Positions 30,439-39,084 of a stretch of DNA of 64,000 nt are shown in pieces. Under the pieces are notes generated by a model, which had not been told where the DNA came from, did no database searches, and saw only the letters and a list, made by a program, of their open reading frames with translations. The stretch comes from Deltaproteobacteria bacterium (GTDB lineage: Bacteria > Desulfobacterota > Desulfomonilia > UBA1062), in assembly GCA_029547185.1 (NCBI GenBank), contig JAKPPU010000004.1:40576-104575 (forward strand). The letters are read 5' to 3'. Position numbers and translations under genes: made by a program. The first letter of the stretch is position 1. Every line of letters begins with the position of its first letter.

Positions 30439-30495
30439 GCCCAACCGGCCACAGCAGCCGATGCGCTCCGCACGCGGCTGACCGGCACGTTATCT
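30439..30495 (+). mobile_element. Integron attC-like site 1 (57 bp)
   Basis: R'' GCCCAAC (matches RYYYAAC), inner palindrome CAGCCG-ATGCG-CTC-CGCA-CG-CGGCTG, R' GTTATCT. Confidence 0.8.
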
Positions 30496-30506
30496 TCTTC
30501 GCGCCA

Positions 30507-30545
30507 TTGACATATATGCATGAAAGACGCATACTGATGCATATG
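30507..30545 (+). promoter_or_regulatory. Cassette-internal promoter/operator of vapBC
   Basis: TTGACA-N17-CATACT; two ATGCAT palindromes (30516, 30537) overlap the promoter; ATG only 7 nt after the -10 box, so likely leaderless. Confidence 0.7.
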
Positions 30546-30740
30546 AGAACGACATTAAACATTGATGATGAAACCTTAAAAAAAGCAAGCAAGCTGACAG
30601 GGATCAAAGAGAAGACGGCTTTGGTTCAGCGTGGACTTGAAGCGCTTATTACGATCGAAAGCAGCAAAAGGCTTTCAAAACTGGGCGGAATAGAGAAGGA
30701 TCTCCAGCCGATTCCCCGGCGAAGACAGTCCGGATCCTGA
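30543..30740 (+). CDS. vapB: VapB-type antitoxin
   Basis: MRTTLNIDDETLKKASKLTGIKEKTALVQRGLEAL; TGATG overlap with the PIN-domain gene. Confidence 0.88.
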   Translation: MRTTLNIDDETLKKASKLTGIKEKTALVQRGLEALITIESSKRLSKLGGIEKDLQPIPRRRQSGS

Positions 30741-31111
30741 TGATGGTCCTGGTAGATACCTCCGTTTGGATCGACCATTTTAAAAAAGGAAATGCCTCTC
30801 TTGAAAAGCTGCTGCTTGACGTAGAGGTGGCATGTCATCCTTTTATCATCGGCGAGCTCGCCTGCGGCAACCTGAAAAACAGCAACGAGATCCTTACATT
30901 GCTTCATTCTCTCCCTATGGCACCAATCGTGGAGCATGACGAGATCCTGTACTTCATCGAGAGCAATAATCTCATGGGAATCGGAATAGGTCTCATTGAT
31001 GTGCATTTACTTGCATCTGCTCATCTTACTCATGCCTATCTTTGGACCATGGACAAGAAACTGCTCAATGCTTCGGATGCTCTCGGTATTTCATACACTG
31101 GCCGAAGATAA
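30740..31111 (+). CDS. vapC: VapC PIN-domain ribonuclease toxin
   Basis: VLVDTSVWIDH, IIGELACG, IDVHLLASA, LWTMDK; the stop TAA lies inside the R'' box of attC site 2. Confidence 0.92.
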   Translation: MMVLVDTSVWIDHFKKGNASLEKLLLDVEVACHPFIIGELACGNLKNSNEILTLLHSLPMAPIVEHDEILYFIESNNLMGIGIGLIDVHLLASAHLTHAYLWTMDKKLLNASDALGISYTGRR

Positions 31112-31163
31112 CCCCGCCACTGCAGACGACGCGCTACGCGCGCGGGTGACCGGAACGTTGAGC
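31106..31163 (+). mobile_element. Integron attC-like site 2 (58 bp)
   Basis: R'' AGATAAC, then CCCGCCACTGCAGACGACGCGCTACGCGCGCGGGTGACCGGAAC, R' GTTGAGC (matches GTTRRRY); closely similar to site 1. Confidence 0.82.
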
Positions 31164-31194
31164 CTTTTATCACTTAACCAAGCAGGAGACATCT

Positions 31195-31659
31195 ATGACG
31201 AGACTAATAGCAATCGTTCAATGCCATCTCGTTCATCAACGGTGCCCCGGGTATTTCTGCGATAGAGCATTCGTGAACCGAACAGGGGGCTTTAACGGGC
31301 TCGATCTATCAGACGATGTCAGAAAGCTATCTTTTACCTGCGGCGGATGCTGCGGCAGGGCTTTGCACCGGAAGCTCGCTCTCCTGAAGAGGAAAGCAAA
31401 ACAATGTGACGACATCGGATCTGAGGATATATTGGTCGTGTTGGCCAGCTGCATAACGAAAGATAATTACCATGGCCCGGCTTGCCCGCATGTGGATTAT
31501 CTCAAGGTATTGATACAAAAAGCGGGATTATCCTTTTCCTGCGATACCCATGTATCGAAAAAAGCTGAAGAAAAAAGAGCCTCGGGTATATATAAATCAT
31601 CAGCCAATGCATTCAGCGGACACGGGACTTCCCTAAAGAAAGGGAATGCTGAGACATAA
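31195..31659 (+). CDS. CGGC domain (putative metal-binding) protein
   Basis: QC...RCPGYFC...TCGGCCG...ASCI...CPH; AGGAG RBS shortly after attC site 2. Confidence 0.85.
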   Translation: MTRLIAIVQCHLVHQRCPGYFCDRAFVNRTGGFNGLDLSDDVRKLSFTCGGCCGRALHRKLALLKRKAKQCDDIGSEDILVVLASCITKDNYHGPACPHVDYLKVLIQKAGLSFSCDTHVSKKAEEKRASGIYKSSANAFSGHGTSLKKGNAET

Positions 31660-31686
31660 CTGAAAAAACACTTCAGCACCGCAAGA

Positions 31687-31720
31687 GAAGGCAGGGTTTA
31701 TTACCCTGCCTTTGTTATTT
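31687..31720 (+). terminator. Rho-independent terminator
   Basis: AAGGCAGGGT-ttatt-ACCCTGCCTT followed by TGTTATTT. Confidence 0.7.
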
Positions 31721-31864
31721 CTGCTGTAATGAATAATCCTCGGATGCATCTCAGAAACATGGAGAGTGCGCACCTCCTTCCCCGAACCACATTTCATCCT
31801 TGATGCACATGGGTGAAGTTGATATCACCTCCGTACTATAATCATATAAGGGAGCTTTCGAGAT

Positions 31865-33316
31865 ATGAACGCAATCGAAGGACTGAAACCGGAGCGCCTG
31901 TGGCACTACTTCGAGGAGATTTCAAAGATACCTCGGGAGTCAAAGCACGAGGGGATGATCAGGGAGTACATCGTCCGGACGGCGGGCCGCCTCGGGCTCA
32001 GGAACGTTGTCGATGCCGCGGGCAATGTTGTGGTGTACAAGCCGGGGACAGGCTCCGGCGGGACCGTCATCCTTCAGTCCCACCTCGATATGGTGTGTGA
32101 GCAGAACGAGGGCGTAAGCCACGACTTCAGGAAGGATCCGATCAGGCTCGTCCGGGATGACGGCTGGATCCATGCCGAGGGCACCACCCTCGGTGCGGAC
32201 AACGGCATCGGCGTGGCCGCCATGCTCGCCGTGATGGAAGACGGCACGCTCGTCCATCCCGACCTCGAGTTCCTCTTCACCATCGACGAGGAGACCGGGC
32301 TCACCGGCGCTAACATGCTCGATGCAGGGCTCTTCACAGGAAGGACGCTCATCAACCTCGATTCCGAGGAAGACGGCACCCTGTTCATCGGCTGTGCAGG
32401 CGGGAAGAACACCGACATCTCGCTCGATGTCTCCTTCGAGGATGCACCTGCCGGTCTCGTGCCCGCGGCGGTCAAGGTCACCGGCCTCCTGGGCGGCCAT
32501 TCCGGCACCGACATCCACCGGGGCCGGGGCAATGCCGTAAAGCTCCTCGTCAGGCTCCTCAAGGGAGCAGCCCAAATCCTGCCGTACCGCCTGGTGGACC
32601 TCTCGGGCGGCAGCAAGCACAACGTCATCCCGCGGGAGGCTTTTGCCCTCATTCTCTTGAAGCCTGAGGACTTCGGACGGCTCGAGGAGCTGGCCAGGGG
32701 AATGAGCGGGACCTTTGCCGCGGAATTGAGCGGGATCGACGACAACGTCCGGGTGATCGTCGGGCAGGAAACCCTCTCCGAAAGGCAGGCGGTTTCTGAC
32801 TCGGATGCCGCCCTGATCCTCGATCTGCTCCACGGTCTGCCCCACGGGGTCATGCAGATGAACGAGGCGCGGGGAAACTTCGTGGTGACGTCCACGAACC
32901 TCGCCATCTGCAGGATGGAGGGTTCGCGTCTGTACGTTCTCACGAACCAGCGGAGCGCCTACAGGTCTTCCATCGAGGACGTCTCCGAGATGGCGGCGTC
33001 CATCGGCAGGCTCGCGGGCGCGCACGTCACCAAGGCCCATGACTACCCTGCCTGGAGGCCGGATTTCCAGTCGAGGGTTTTGCGCATCTCGAAAGAGGTG
33101 TATGAAGGGCTCTTCGGCAGACAACCCGAGGTCAGGGTCATCCACGCGGGCTTAGAGTGCGCCGTGTTCGGAGAGAAGATCCCGGGGCTCGACATGATCT
33201 CGCTGGGCCCGACCATCGAGCAGGCGCACTCTCCTTCGGAGCGCGTCCTCATCGGCGCGGTCGAGAACATGTGGGTTTTCCTTGCCGGGCTCCTCAAGAG
33301 ACTGGCCAGGGAATAG
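31865..33316 (+). CDS. pepD: Aminoacyl-histidine dipeptidase (peptidase M20C)
   Basis: LQSHLDMV, TTLGADNGIG, DEETGLTGA, GGHSG, IHAGLEC, HSPSE. Confidence 0.93.
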   Translation: MNAIEGLKPERLWHYFEEISKIPRESKHEGMIREYIVRTAGRLGLRNVVDAAGNVVVYKPGTGSGGTVILQSHLDMVCEQNEGVSHDFRKDPIRLVRDDGWIHAEGTTLGADNGIGVAAMLAVMEDGTLVHPDLEFLFTIDEETGLTGANMLDAGLFTGRTLINLDSEEDGTLFIGCAGGKNTDISLDVSFEDAPAGLVPAAVKVTGLLGGHSGTDIHRGRGNAVKLLVRLLKGAAQILPYRLVDLSGGSKHNVIPREAFALILLKPEDFGRLEELARGMSGTFAAELSGIDDNVRVIVGQETLSERQAVSDSDAALILDLLHGLPHGVMQMNEARGNFVVTSTNLAICRMEGSRLYVLTNQRSAYRSSIEDVSEMAASIGRLAGAHVTKAHDYPAWRPDFQSRVLRISKEVYEGLFGRQPEVRVIHAGLECAVFGEKIPGLDMISLGPTIEQAHSPSERVLIGAVENMWVFLAGLLKRLARE

Positions 33317-33339
33317 CCCTTCCGCAATGGCCGACCATG

Positions 33340-34992
33340 CTAGACCCCTGCCCTCTCGAAGATCGAGCCGATGATTGCCTGGGCCTCATCCTCGATCCTT
33401 TTGAGGTGCTCCGTTCCCATGAAGGACTCGGCGTAGATCTTGTAGATGTCCTCGGTCCCCGAGGGCCTGGCTGCGAACCACCCGCTCCGGGCCACGACCT
33501 TGATCCCGCCTATGGGGGCGCAGTTGCCCGGCGCGTCCGTGGTCTTGGCGATGATCGGCTCTCCGGCGAGGAGCTCCGCCTCGATCATGTCGGGCGAGAT
33601 CTTCTTGAGCAGGGCTTTCTGGGCGTCGTTCGCCGGGGCATCGATCCGCTCGTACTCGGAGATGCCGAACATCTCCTCGAGATCGCGGTAGTGCCAGGCA
33701 GGATCTTTCCCGGTCGTCGCCAGGATCTCTGCCGCGAGGAGGTCCATGATGAAGCCGTCCTTGTCCGTGGTCCAGACGGTCCCGTCCTTTTTCAGGAAGG
33801 ATGCGCCCGCGCTCTCCTCCCCGCCGAAGCCGCACCGTGAGGTTATCAGGCACTCGACGAACCACTTGAACCCGACCGGCACCTCATAGAGCCTCCTGCC
33901 GAGGTGATGCGCGACATGGTCGATCATGGTGCTGCTCACCAGGGTCTTGCCTATGGCTGCATCCTGCGGCCATCCCTTCCTGGCGCTGAACAGATAGTGG
34001 ATGGCGACCGAGAGGTAGTGGTTCGGGTTCATGAGCCCTGCGGACCGGGTCACGATGCCGTGCCGGTCGAAATCCGGATCGTTCCCGAAGGCGATGTCAT
34101 ACTTGTCCTTGAGCCCTATGAGCCGGGCCATGGCATACGGTGAAGAGCAGTCCATCCGAATCTTGCCGTCATGATCGAGGGTCATGAAGGAAAACGTCGG
34201 GTCTGCATATGCGTCGAGCACGTCGATTTGCAGGCCGTATTTCTGCGCGATGCGTTCCCAGTAGGCGAACCCCGATCCGCCCAAGGCGTCGGCGCCGATG
34301 GAAGGCTTCGCATCGCTGACCACCTGCAGGTCGATGATGTGCACGAGGTCGTCGATGTAGGGGCCGGCATAGTCGTGCTCGCGGGTGGTCGATGCACGGA
34401 GGGCCTTCTTGTACGGCATGCGCCTGACACCGGCATTGCCGTTTTCGAGAAGCTCGTTCGCCTTTTTTGCGATCCAGTCGGTCACGATCGTGTCGGCAGG
34501 GCCGCCTTCGGGCGGATCGTACTTGAAGCCTCCGTCCTCCGGGGGATTGTGGGATGGCGTCACCACGATGCCGTCGGAGAGCCCGGACGACCTGGCGCGG
34601 TTATAGGATAAAATGGCATGGGATATCACCGGCGTCGGGGTGAAGCCGTTTCCTTCCTGGATGAGGACGTCGACGCCGTTGGCGGCGAGGACCTCGAGAG
34701 CGGTCTCCTGGGCCGGCCCAGAGAGGGCGTGGGTGTCCTTGCCCATGAACAGCGGCCCGTTTATGTCCTGGGATTGCCGGTAGAGGCAGATGGCCTGGGT
34801 GATGGCCAGGATATGCGCCTCGTTGAAGCTGCCGGTCAGGGAAGACCCCCGGTGGCCGGAGGTGCCGAAGGATACCCTCTGGGTGGGGTCCGACACGTCC
34901 ACGGGATAGGTATAGTAGGCATTGATCAGTGCAGCGGCATCGATGAGTATGCCCGGTGACGGCGGTTTGCCGGCAAGATCGTGTATTCTCAT
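33340..34992 (-). CDS. pgm: Phosphoglucomutase (alpha-D-glucose phosphate-specific)
   Basis: FGTSGHRG, TPSHNP, DPDFDRH, GGEESAG, RPSGTEDIYKIYAES. Confidence 0.96.
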   Translation of the reverse strand: MRIHDLAGKPPSPGILIDAAALINAYYTYPVDVSDPTQRVSFGTSGHRGSSLTGSFNEAHILAITQAICLYRQSQDINGPLFMGKDTHALSGPAQETALEVLAANGVDVLIQEGNGFTPTPVISHAILSYNRARSSGLSDGIVVTPSHNPPEDGGFKYDPPEGGPADTIVTDWIAKKANELLENGNAGVRRMPYKKALRASTTREHDYAGPYIDDLVHIIDLQVVSDAKPSIGADALGGSGFAYWERIAQKYGLQIDVLDAYADPTFSFMTLDHDGKIRMDCSSPYAMARLIGLKDKYDIAFGNDPDFDRHGIVTRSAGLMNPNHYLSVAIHYLFSARKGWPQDAAIGKTLVSSTMIDHVAHHLGRRLYEVPVGFKWFVECLITSRCGFGGEESAGASFLKKDGTVWTTDKDGFIMDLLAAEILATTGKDPAWHYRDLEEMFGISEYERIDAPANDAQKALLKKISPDMIEAELLAGEPIIAKTTDAPGNCAPIGGIKVVARSGWFAARPSGTEDIYKIYAESFMGTEHLKRIEDEAQAIIGSIFERAGV

Positions 34993-35367
34993 TTCGAGCG
35001 TTCCTCCCTTCGCATTTCACCAAAGAGCCCGTTATCCGTGGAGTACGCAGCGCGCTCCATGCCCCGTATTGTACCCGATTCCCGGGCAGCGGTAAAATGC
35101 TTTGGCGTTCATACAGTAACGTGTAAGGGCATCATGGAGAAAGGAAATACCTGCCGCTTGCCCGAATGAGGCCGCATCGGCCTCAATGAAGCCGGAAGTC
35201 TTCGAGGGCAGGAGAAGGTACGGCTCTTCCATTGCCCTCTGCCCCTCGTGCGGAAGAGGCATGCCGGTCCGAGCCGGGGAGCTCCTGTCCTGCCGGCCGC
35301 GGCAAGGGACCATACATCGAAAGATGGCCGAAGCCCTTCTGGTGCCCGGAGCTTGAATCCGATCCTC

Positions 35368-35526
35368 TCAGTACGTCGCCCCGCCCTGGTCGTAGATCTT
35401 TCTCAGCAGCTCTCTGTCAACGGTAGACGCCTCCACGAAATGGTTGGGCTCTGCGCCGCAATAGGGGCAGTTCACCTCAGGATCTGTAATGATCTCCCCG
35501 CAGATTCCGCATACGAGTTCTCTCAT
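35368..35526 (-). CDS. 52-aa rubredoxin-like / zinc-ribbon protein (not in the ORF track)
   Basis: Manual translation MRELVCGICGEIITDPEVNCPYCGAEPNHFVEASTVDRELLRKIYDQGGATY; CxxCG...CPxCG; GGAGGG RBS. Confidence 0.75.
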   Translation of the reverse strand: MRELVCGICGEIITDPEVNCPYCGAEPNHFVEASTVDRELLRKIYDQGGATY

Positions 35527-35631
35527 GTTCCGTTCCCTCCGGATTTAAAAAAGTGATCTGCTGTATTCTTAAGGGGACGCCGGGGAAAAATCAACTGACG
35601 CCGTTCAAGGACGGAGAATCGAGGTCCACGG

Positions 35632-37077
35632 TCACGGCTTGCGGTGGCTCATTCCGCCATCAAGCGCTTTCCTTGCTGCATTGAACCCGCACATACCGTG
35701 CACGCCGCCTCCTGGAGGCGACGAGGAGGAGCAGATGTACAGGCCGTCTCTGCTTAAGGCATAGGGGTTCAGGGAGCGTATCGGCCTGAAGAAGATCTGG
35801 CAGAAGGTATTGGCTCCGCCGGCAATGTCTCCTCCGATGAGATTCGCATTGAGTCCCTGGAGGACTGTCGGCGGGAGCACCCTCCGGGAGAGGATCCTCT
35901 TTTTGAACCCGGGGGCGAAGCGCTCTATCTGTCCCTCGATCCTGGAAGTCAAGTCCCGCTTCGAGCCGTTTGCCACGTGGCAGTATGCCCAGGCAGTGTG
36001 TTTCCCCTGCGGAGCCCTGCTCGGGTCGAAGAGGCTCGGCTGGGCGAGGATGACGAAGGGCACGTCCGGGTCGGAACCCTCTGCGGCAAGGCGCTCTGAG
36101 CGCGCGATCTCCTCATAGGAGCCTCCGAGGTGCACGACGGACGCCCTGCAGCACTCACCCGCCCTCCAGGGTATCGGGGCATCGAGGGCCCAGTCGACCT
36201 TGAAGGCACCCGGCCCGGAGCGATACCGGGCGAGCTGCCGGCTTACGCCGGTCGGAATGCGTTCCCGTGCGACAGCCAGGATCTGCCCCGGAGTCAGGTC
36301 GAAAAACACGGACCGGCTACCGGGGATATCCTTCATGGAGTTCACCGGGTGCGAAAGCAGGATTTCAGCCCCGAGATTCTTCAGGTGCGCAGCCAGTGCG
36401 CTGCCGATCGTTCCCGCACCTCCCCGCGCTATGGGCCAGCCGGTTTGATGGGCCGAGGCACACATGAAAAGGGCAAAGGACGACGTGAGGGGATGATCGA
36501 GGGGCATGATCGAGTGGGCGCCCAGCCCGGCAAAGAGTGCACGTACCTTGTCCGTCCTGAAGAGCCGCCTCGCGGTCACGCTCACAGGCCACATCCCCTT
36601 CAATCCGAACCGCATCAGGAGAAGCGGATGCCTTGGAACGTGGAACGGGGGGCTCAGGATTTCGGCCGAAAGCTCTTTCCAGGCTTCTGCAAAGGGCCGG
36701 ATGCACTGTGCATAAGGGTCCGCATCCTCACCGAACGCCTGGATGCTCGAATCGATGGATCTTGAGAGGAGCAGGCAGGAGCCGTCATCGAAGGGATGCG
36801 CCAGGGCTGCAGGAGGCACGATCCATTCGACGGGAAACTCTTCCGGGGACAGGCCTGAAAAAAACGGGGTATCGACGGCCATGGGAAAGACGGCCGAGAA
36901 GGTGTCGTGGAGGTATCCCGGCAGGGTCCCCTCATCCGAGCCGGCGCAGCCTCCCGGATTTCGACGCGCATCGACCACGCATACCGATCTGCCCGCCCTT
37001 GCCAGGGTTATGGCTGCTGCGAGCCCGTTCGGTCCGGCGCCGACGACGAGGGAATCATATCCTCCGTGCCCGACCAT
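35632..37077 (-). CDS. Phytoene desaturase-like FAD-dependent oxidoreductase
   Basis: VVGAGPNGLAAA, GWPIARGG, KVDWALD, LYICSSSSPPGGGVHGMCG. Confidence 0.88.
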   Translation of the reverse strand: MVGHGGYDSLVVGAGPNGLAAAITLARAGRSVCVVDARRNPGGCAGSDEGTLPGYLHDTFSAVFPMAVDTPFFSGLSPEEFPVEWIVPPAALAHPFDDGSCLLLSRSIDSSIQAFGEDADPYAQCIRPFAEAWKELSAEILSPPFHVPRHPLLLMRFGLKGMWPVSVTARRLFRTDKVRALFAGLGAHSIMPLDHPLTSSFALFMCASAHQTGWPIARGGAGTIGSALAAHLKNLGAEILLSHPVNSMKDIPGSRSVFFDLTPGQILAVARERIPTGVSRQLARYRSGPGAFKVDWALDAPIPWRAGECCRASVVHLGGSYEEIARSERLAAEGSDPDVPFVILAQPSLFDPSRAPQGKHTAWAYCHVANGSKRDLTSRIEGQIERFAPGFKKRILSRRVLPPTVLQGLNANLIGGDIAGGANTFCQIFFRPIRSLNPYALSRDGLYICSSSSPPGGGVHGMCGFNAARKALDGGMSHRKP

Positions 37078-37103
37078 GGCCTACGCCGCCGCGAGGAAAA
37101 GCT

Positions 37104-38132
37104 TCATGAGAGCCCCGTGAATCTCGCCAGGAGCCGGCCCATGGTCAGAATCTGGGCATTGTACCTGATGTTGCCCGAGCGCTCCCACCTGTAGTCGCCC
37201 GCCACGCAGGTCTTCTTCACGCTCACATCGGCGTCTATGCCGAAGTGACGGGCGAGAGAGGTGAGGACATGCCTCCATATGCCCTCCTGCTCCTTCGAGC
37301 CCATGAGGACGAAACCAATCTCAAAAGCAGGATCGCTCGTCCTGGCAAACCCCTGAACCTGAGCAACAACCGCGCCCTGATCCTCAAAGGAGGTGAAGCT
37401 CACCCATCCGGATTCGGGGTGCCCCTGCGGGGTTATGAACGTGAATGAATAGTCATCCGCGTAGAGCACCCACACCCCGGTGCAGATGAGGCCTGCCGGG
37501 GTCTTTGCATTGATGATCACGACCTCTCCCGGCGCGATGCCCCCAGGCATCGGGTAGAAGCGATTCTTGGCGGGCTGGAAAGATGGGAAATTCTCCTTGA
37601 ACGCCCTGATGACATCCTTCGGGCCTGCGCTTATTCCCGGGAGACGCACCTGGTAGGTCTTCTCCCACAGGGGGCCGAATCCCTGTACGGGGCCGGCGAC
37701 GCTCAAGCCGTCAATGTTGAGGTTGAGAGCTCCCCGAGGCACGACGGGCACTTTCAGCTTCCGGACGGGTCTTGCCCAGGGCCATTCCGGAAGAAGGTCG
37801 GTGACGCCCGCAGAGCAGGCCGGCACATCGAGCGAGATAGCCTCATCGAGGCGGGACGCGATGAGCACATCGCGGTATGCAGGCGACACACCCACTGCCG
37901 AAAGACTCCCGCCTCTTTTTCTCGCTTCGTTATGGAGCTTCACGAGGGCGTTCAAGCCCGATACGTCGATGGACTCCATGCGGGAGAAATCCAGACGGGT
38001 TATCCCTGTACTGCCCGACTTCGCGTATGCATCTATCAGCGCTTCCGCAGCCTGGGAGGTGATCCTCCCTTCGAGGGAAATTGCACCCTGGTGTTCTCTG
38101 ATAAGAAACGATGAGCTTTCTCCCGTTCTCAT
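37104..38132 (-). CDS. STAS (anti-anti-sigma) domain fused to a DUF1990-like domain
   Basis: N-terminal LDFSRMESIDVSGLNAL; C-terminal GPVQGFGPLWEKTY...FTFITPQGHPESGW. Confidence 0.65.
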   Translation of the reverse strand: MRTGESSSFLIREHQGAISLEGRITSQAAEALIDAYAKSGSTGITRLDFSRMESIDVSGLNALVKLHNEARKRGGSLSAVGVSPAYRDVLIASRLDEAISLDVPACSAGVTDLLPEWPWARPVRKLKVPVVPRGALNLNIDGLSVAGPVQGFGPLWEKTYQVRLPGISAGPKDVIRAFKENFPSFQPAKNRFYPMPGGIAPGEVVIINAKTPAGLICTGVWVLYADDYSFTFITPQGHPESGWVSFTSFEDQGAVVAQVQGFARTSDPAFEIGFVLMGSKEQEGIWRHVLTSLARHFGIDADVSVKKTCVAGDYRWERSGNIRYNAQILTMGRLLARFTGLS

Positions 38133-38270
38133 GGGCTCCTCCCTGGAATTATGCCTGTGCTTTTCTGTTTTTTTATCACAAGTGCTGCTGTGAGGAAATC
38201 GGTAAAAGATCAGCCGCTCAGCAAGGCGCCTTTCCCATTCTTCCCGGGACGGGAAGGCCTGCTGCAGGCA

Positions 38271-39005
38271 TTACCGTGCATTCATGGTTTCCACGAAGGC
38301 GGTCTGCTTCTTGAGGTCCTCGTAACGGAACGCATAGCCTTCACTACCAGGGTGCAGGAGATCATCCGCATAGTATCTCTTCGGGTTCTCCGAGAAAGGT
38401 TCGGCACCCTTCTCTCTGAACGGATCCGCGTATTCGGTACCGGTCTCGCGCGAGATGAGGATGAGCATATCCCGGATCTTCCTTGCACGCGAGGTATAGA
38501 ACCAGTCTATCGGGGGGAAGAGCGCAGGTTTGAGGCCGATGTTCTCCGTACCCAGGAGAATGACGCACGGTGCTTTCCTCGAAGCCAGGTGGAGCGCCTG
38601 GAGGAGAGAGCTTTTCAGCGTGTCCGGATCGGTAAGGAAAAGGACGTCGTCCTCCCCTGCAGCAATGAGAATGACATCGAACGGGCCATCCCCTGCCGAG
38701 AGGATCTGATTGAGGATATCCGGTGCCCTGGCCCCGTCCTCGCTGACGTTTTCAATCCGGGTGAAGGGGAAATCCCGGAAAATTCTTCCTGCAAGCGATC
38801 GGGACGGATCTGAAGCCCCTGTGCCCACGCCTATGCTGTCCCCTGCGATGAGCACCCGCTTCGTCGCATTCTTCGGATGTATGCTGAAGGCCTTCGAGCT
38901 TTCGGCGAGCTTCACGGCCTTGTAGATCCTCACCGACAGGAAGAGCGAGCTCGCGACGAGCGCGGTGCACACTGCGATGAAGAGGATGGCGGGAAGCCGC
39001 TTCAT
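38271..39005 (-). CDS. SGNH/GDSL hydrolase family protein
   Basis: GDSIG block I, DLLHP block V; N-terminal signal/anchor. Confidence 0.85.
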   Translation of the reverse strand: MKRLPAILFIAVCTALVASSLFLSVRIYKAVKLAESSKAFSIHPKNATKRVLIAGDSIGVGTGASDPSRSLAGRIFRDFPFTRIENVSEDGARAPDILNQILSAGDGPFDVILIAAGEDDVLFLTDPDTLKSSLLQALHLASRKAPCVILLGTENIGLKPALFPPIDWFYTSRARKIRDMLILISRETGTEYADPFREKGAEPFSENPKRYYADDLLHPGSEGYAFRYEDLKKQTAFVETMNAR

Positions 39006-39084
39006 GAACGCAGACCTCGGACATGCATGAACAGCATGATTACTGTAAAACGGGAGGAATCACAACAGATTTGCTCTTCCCCGC

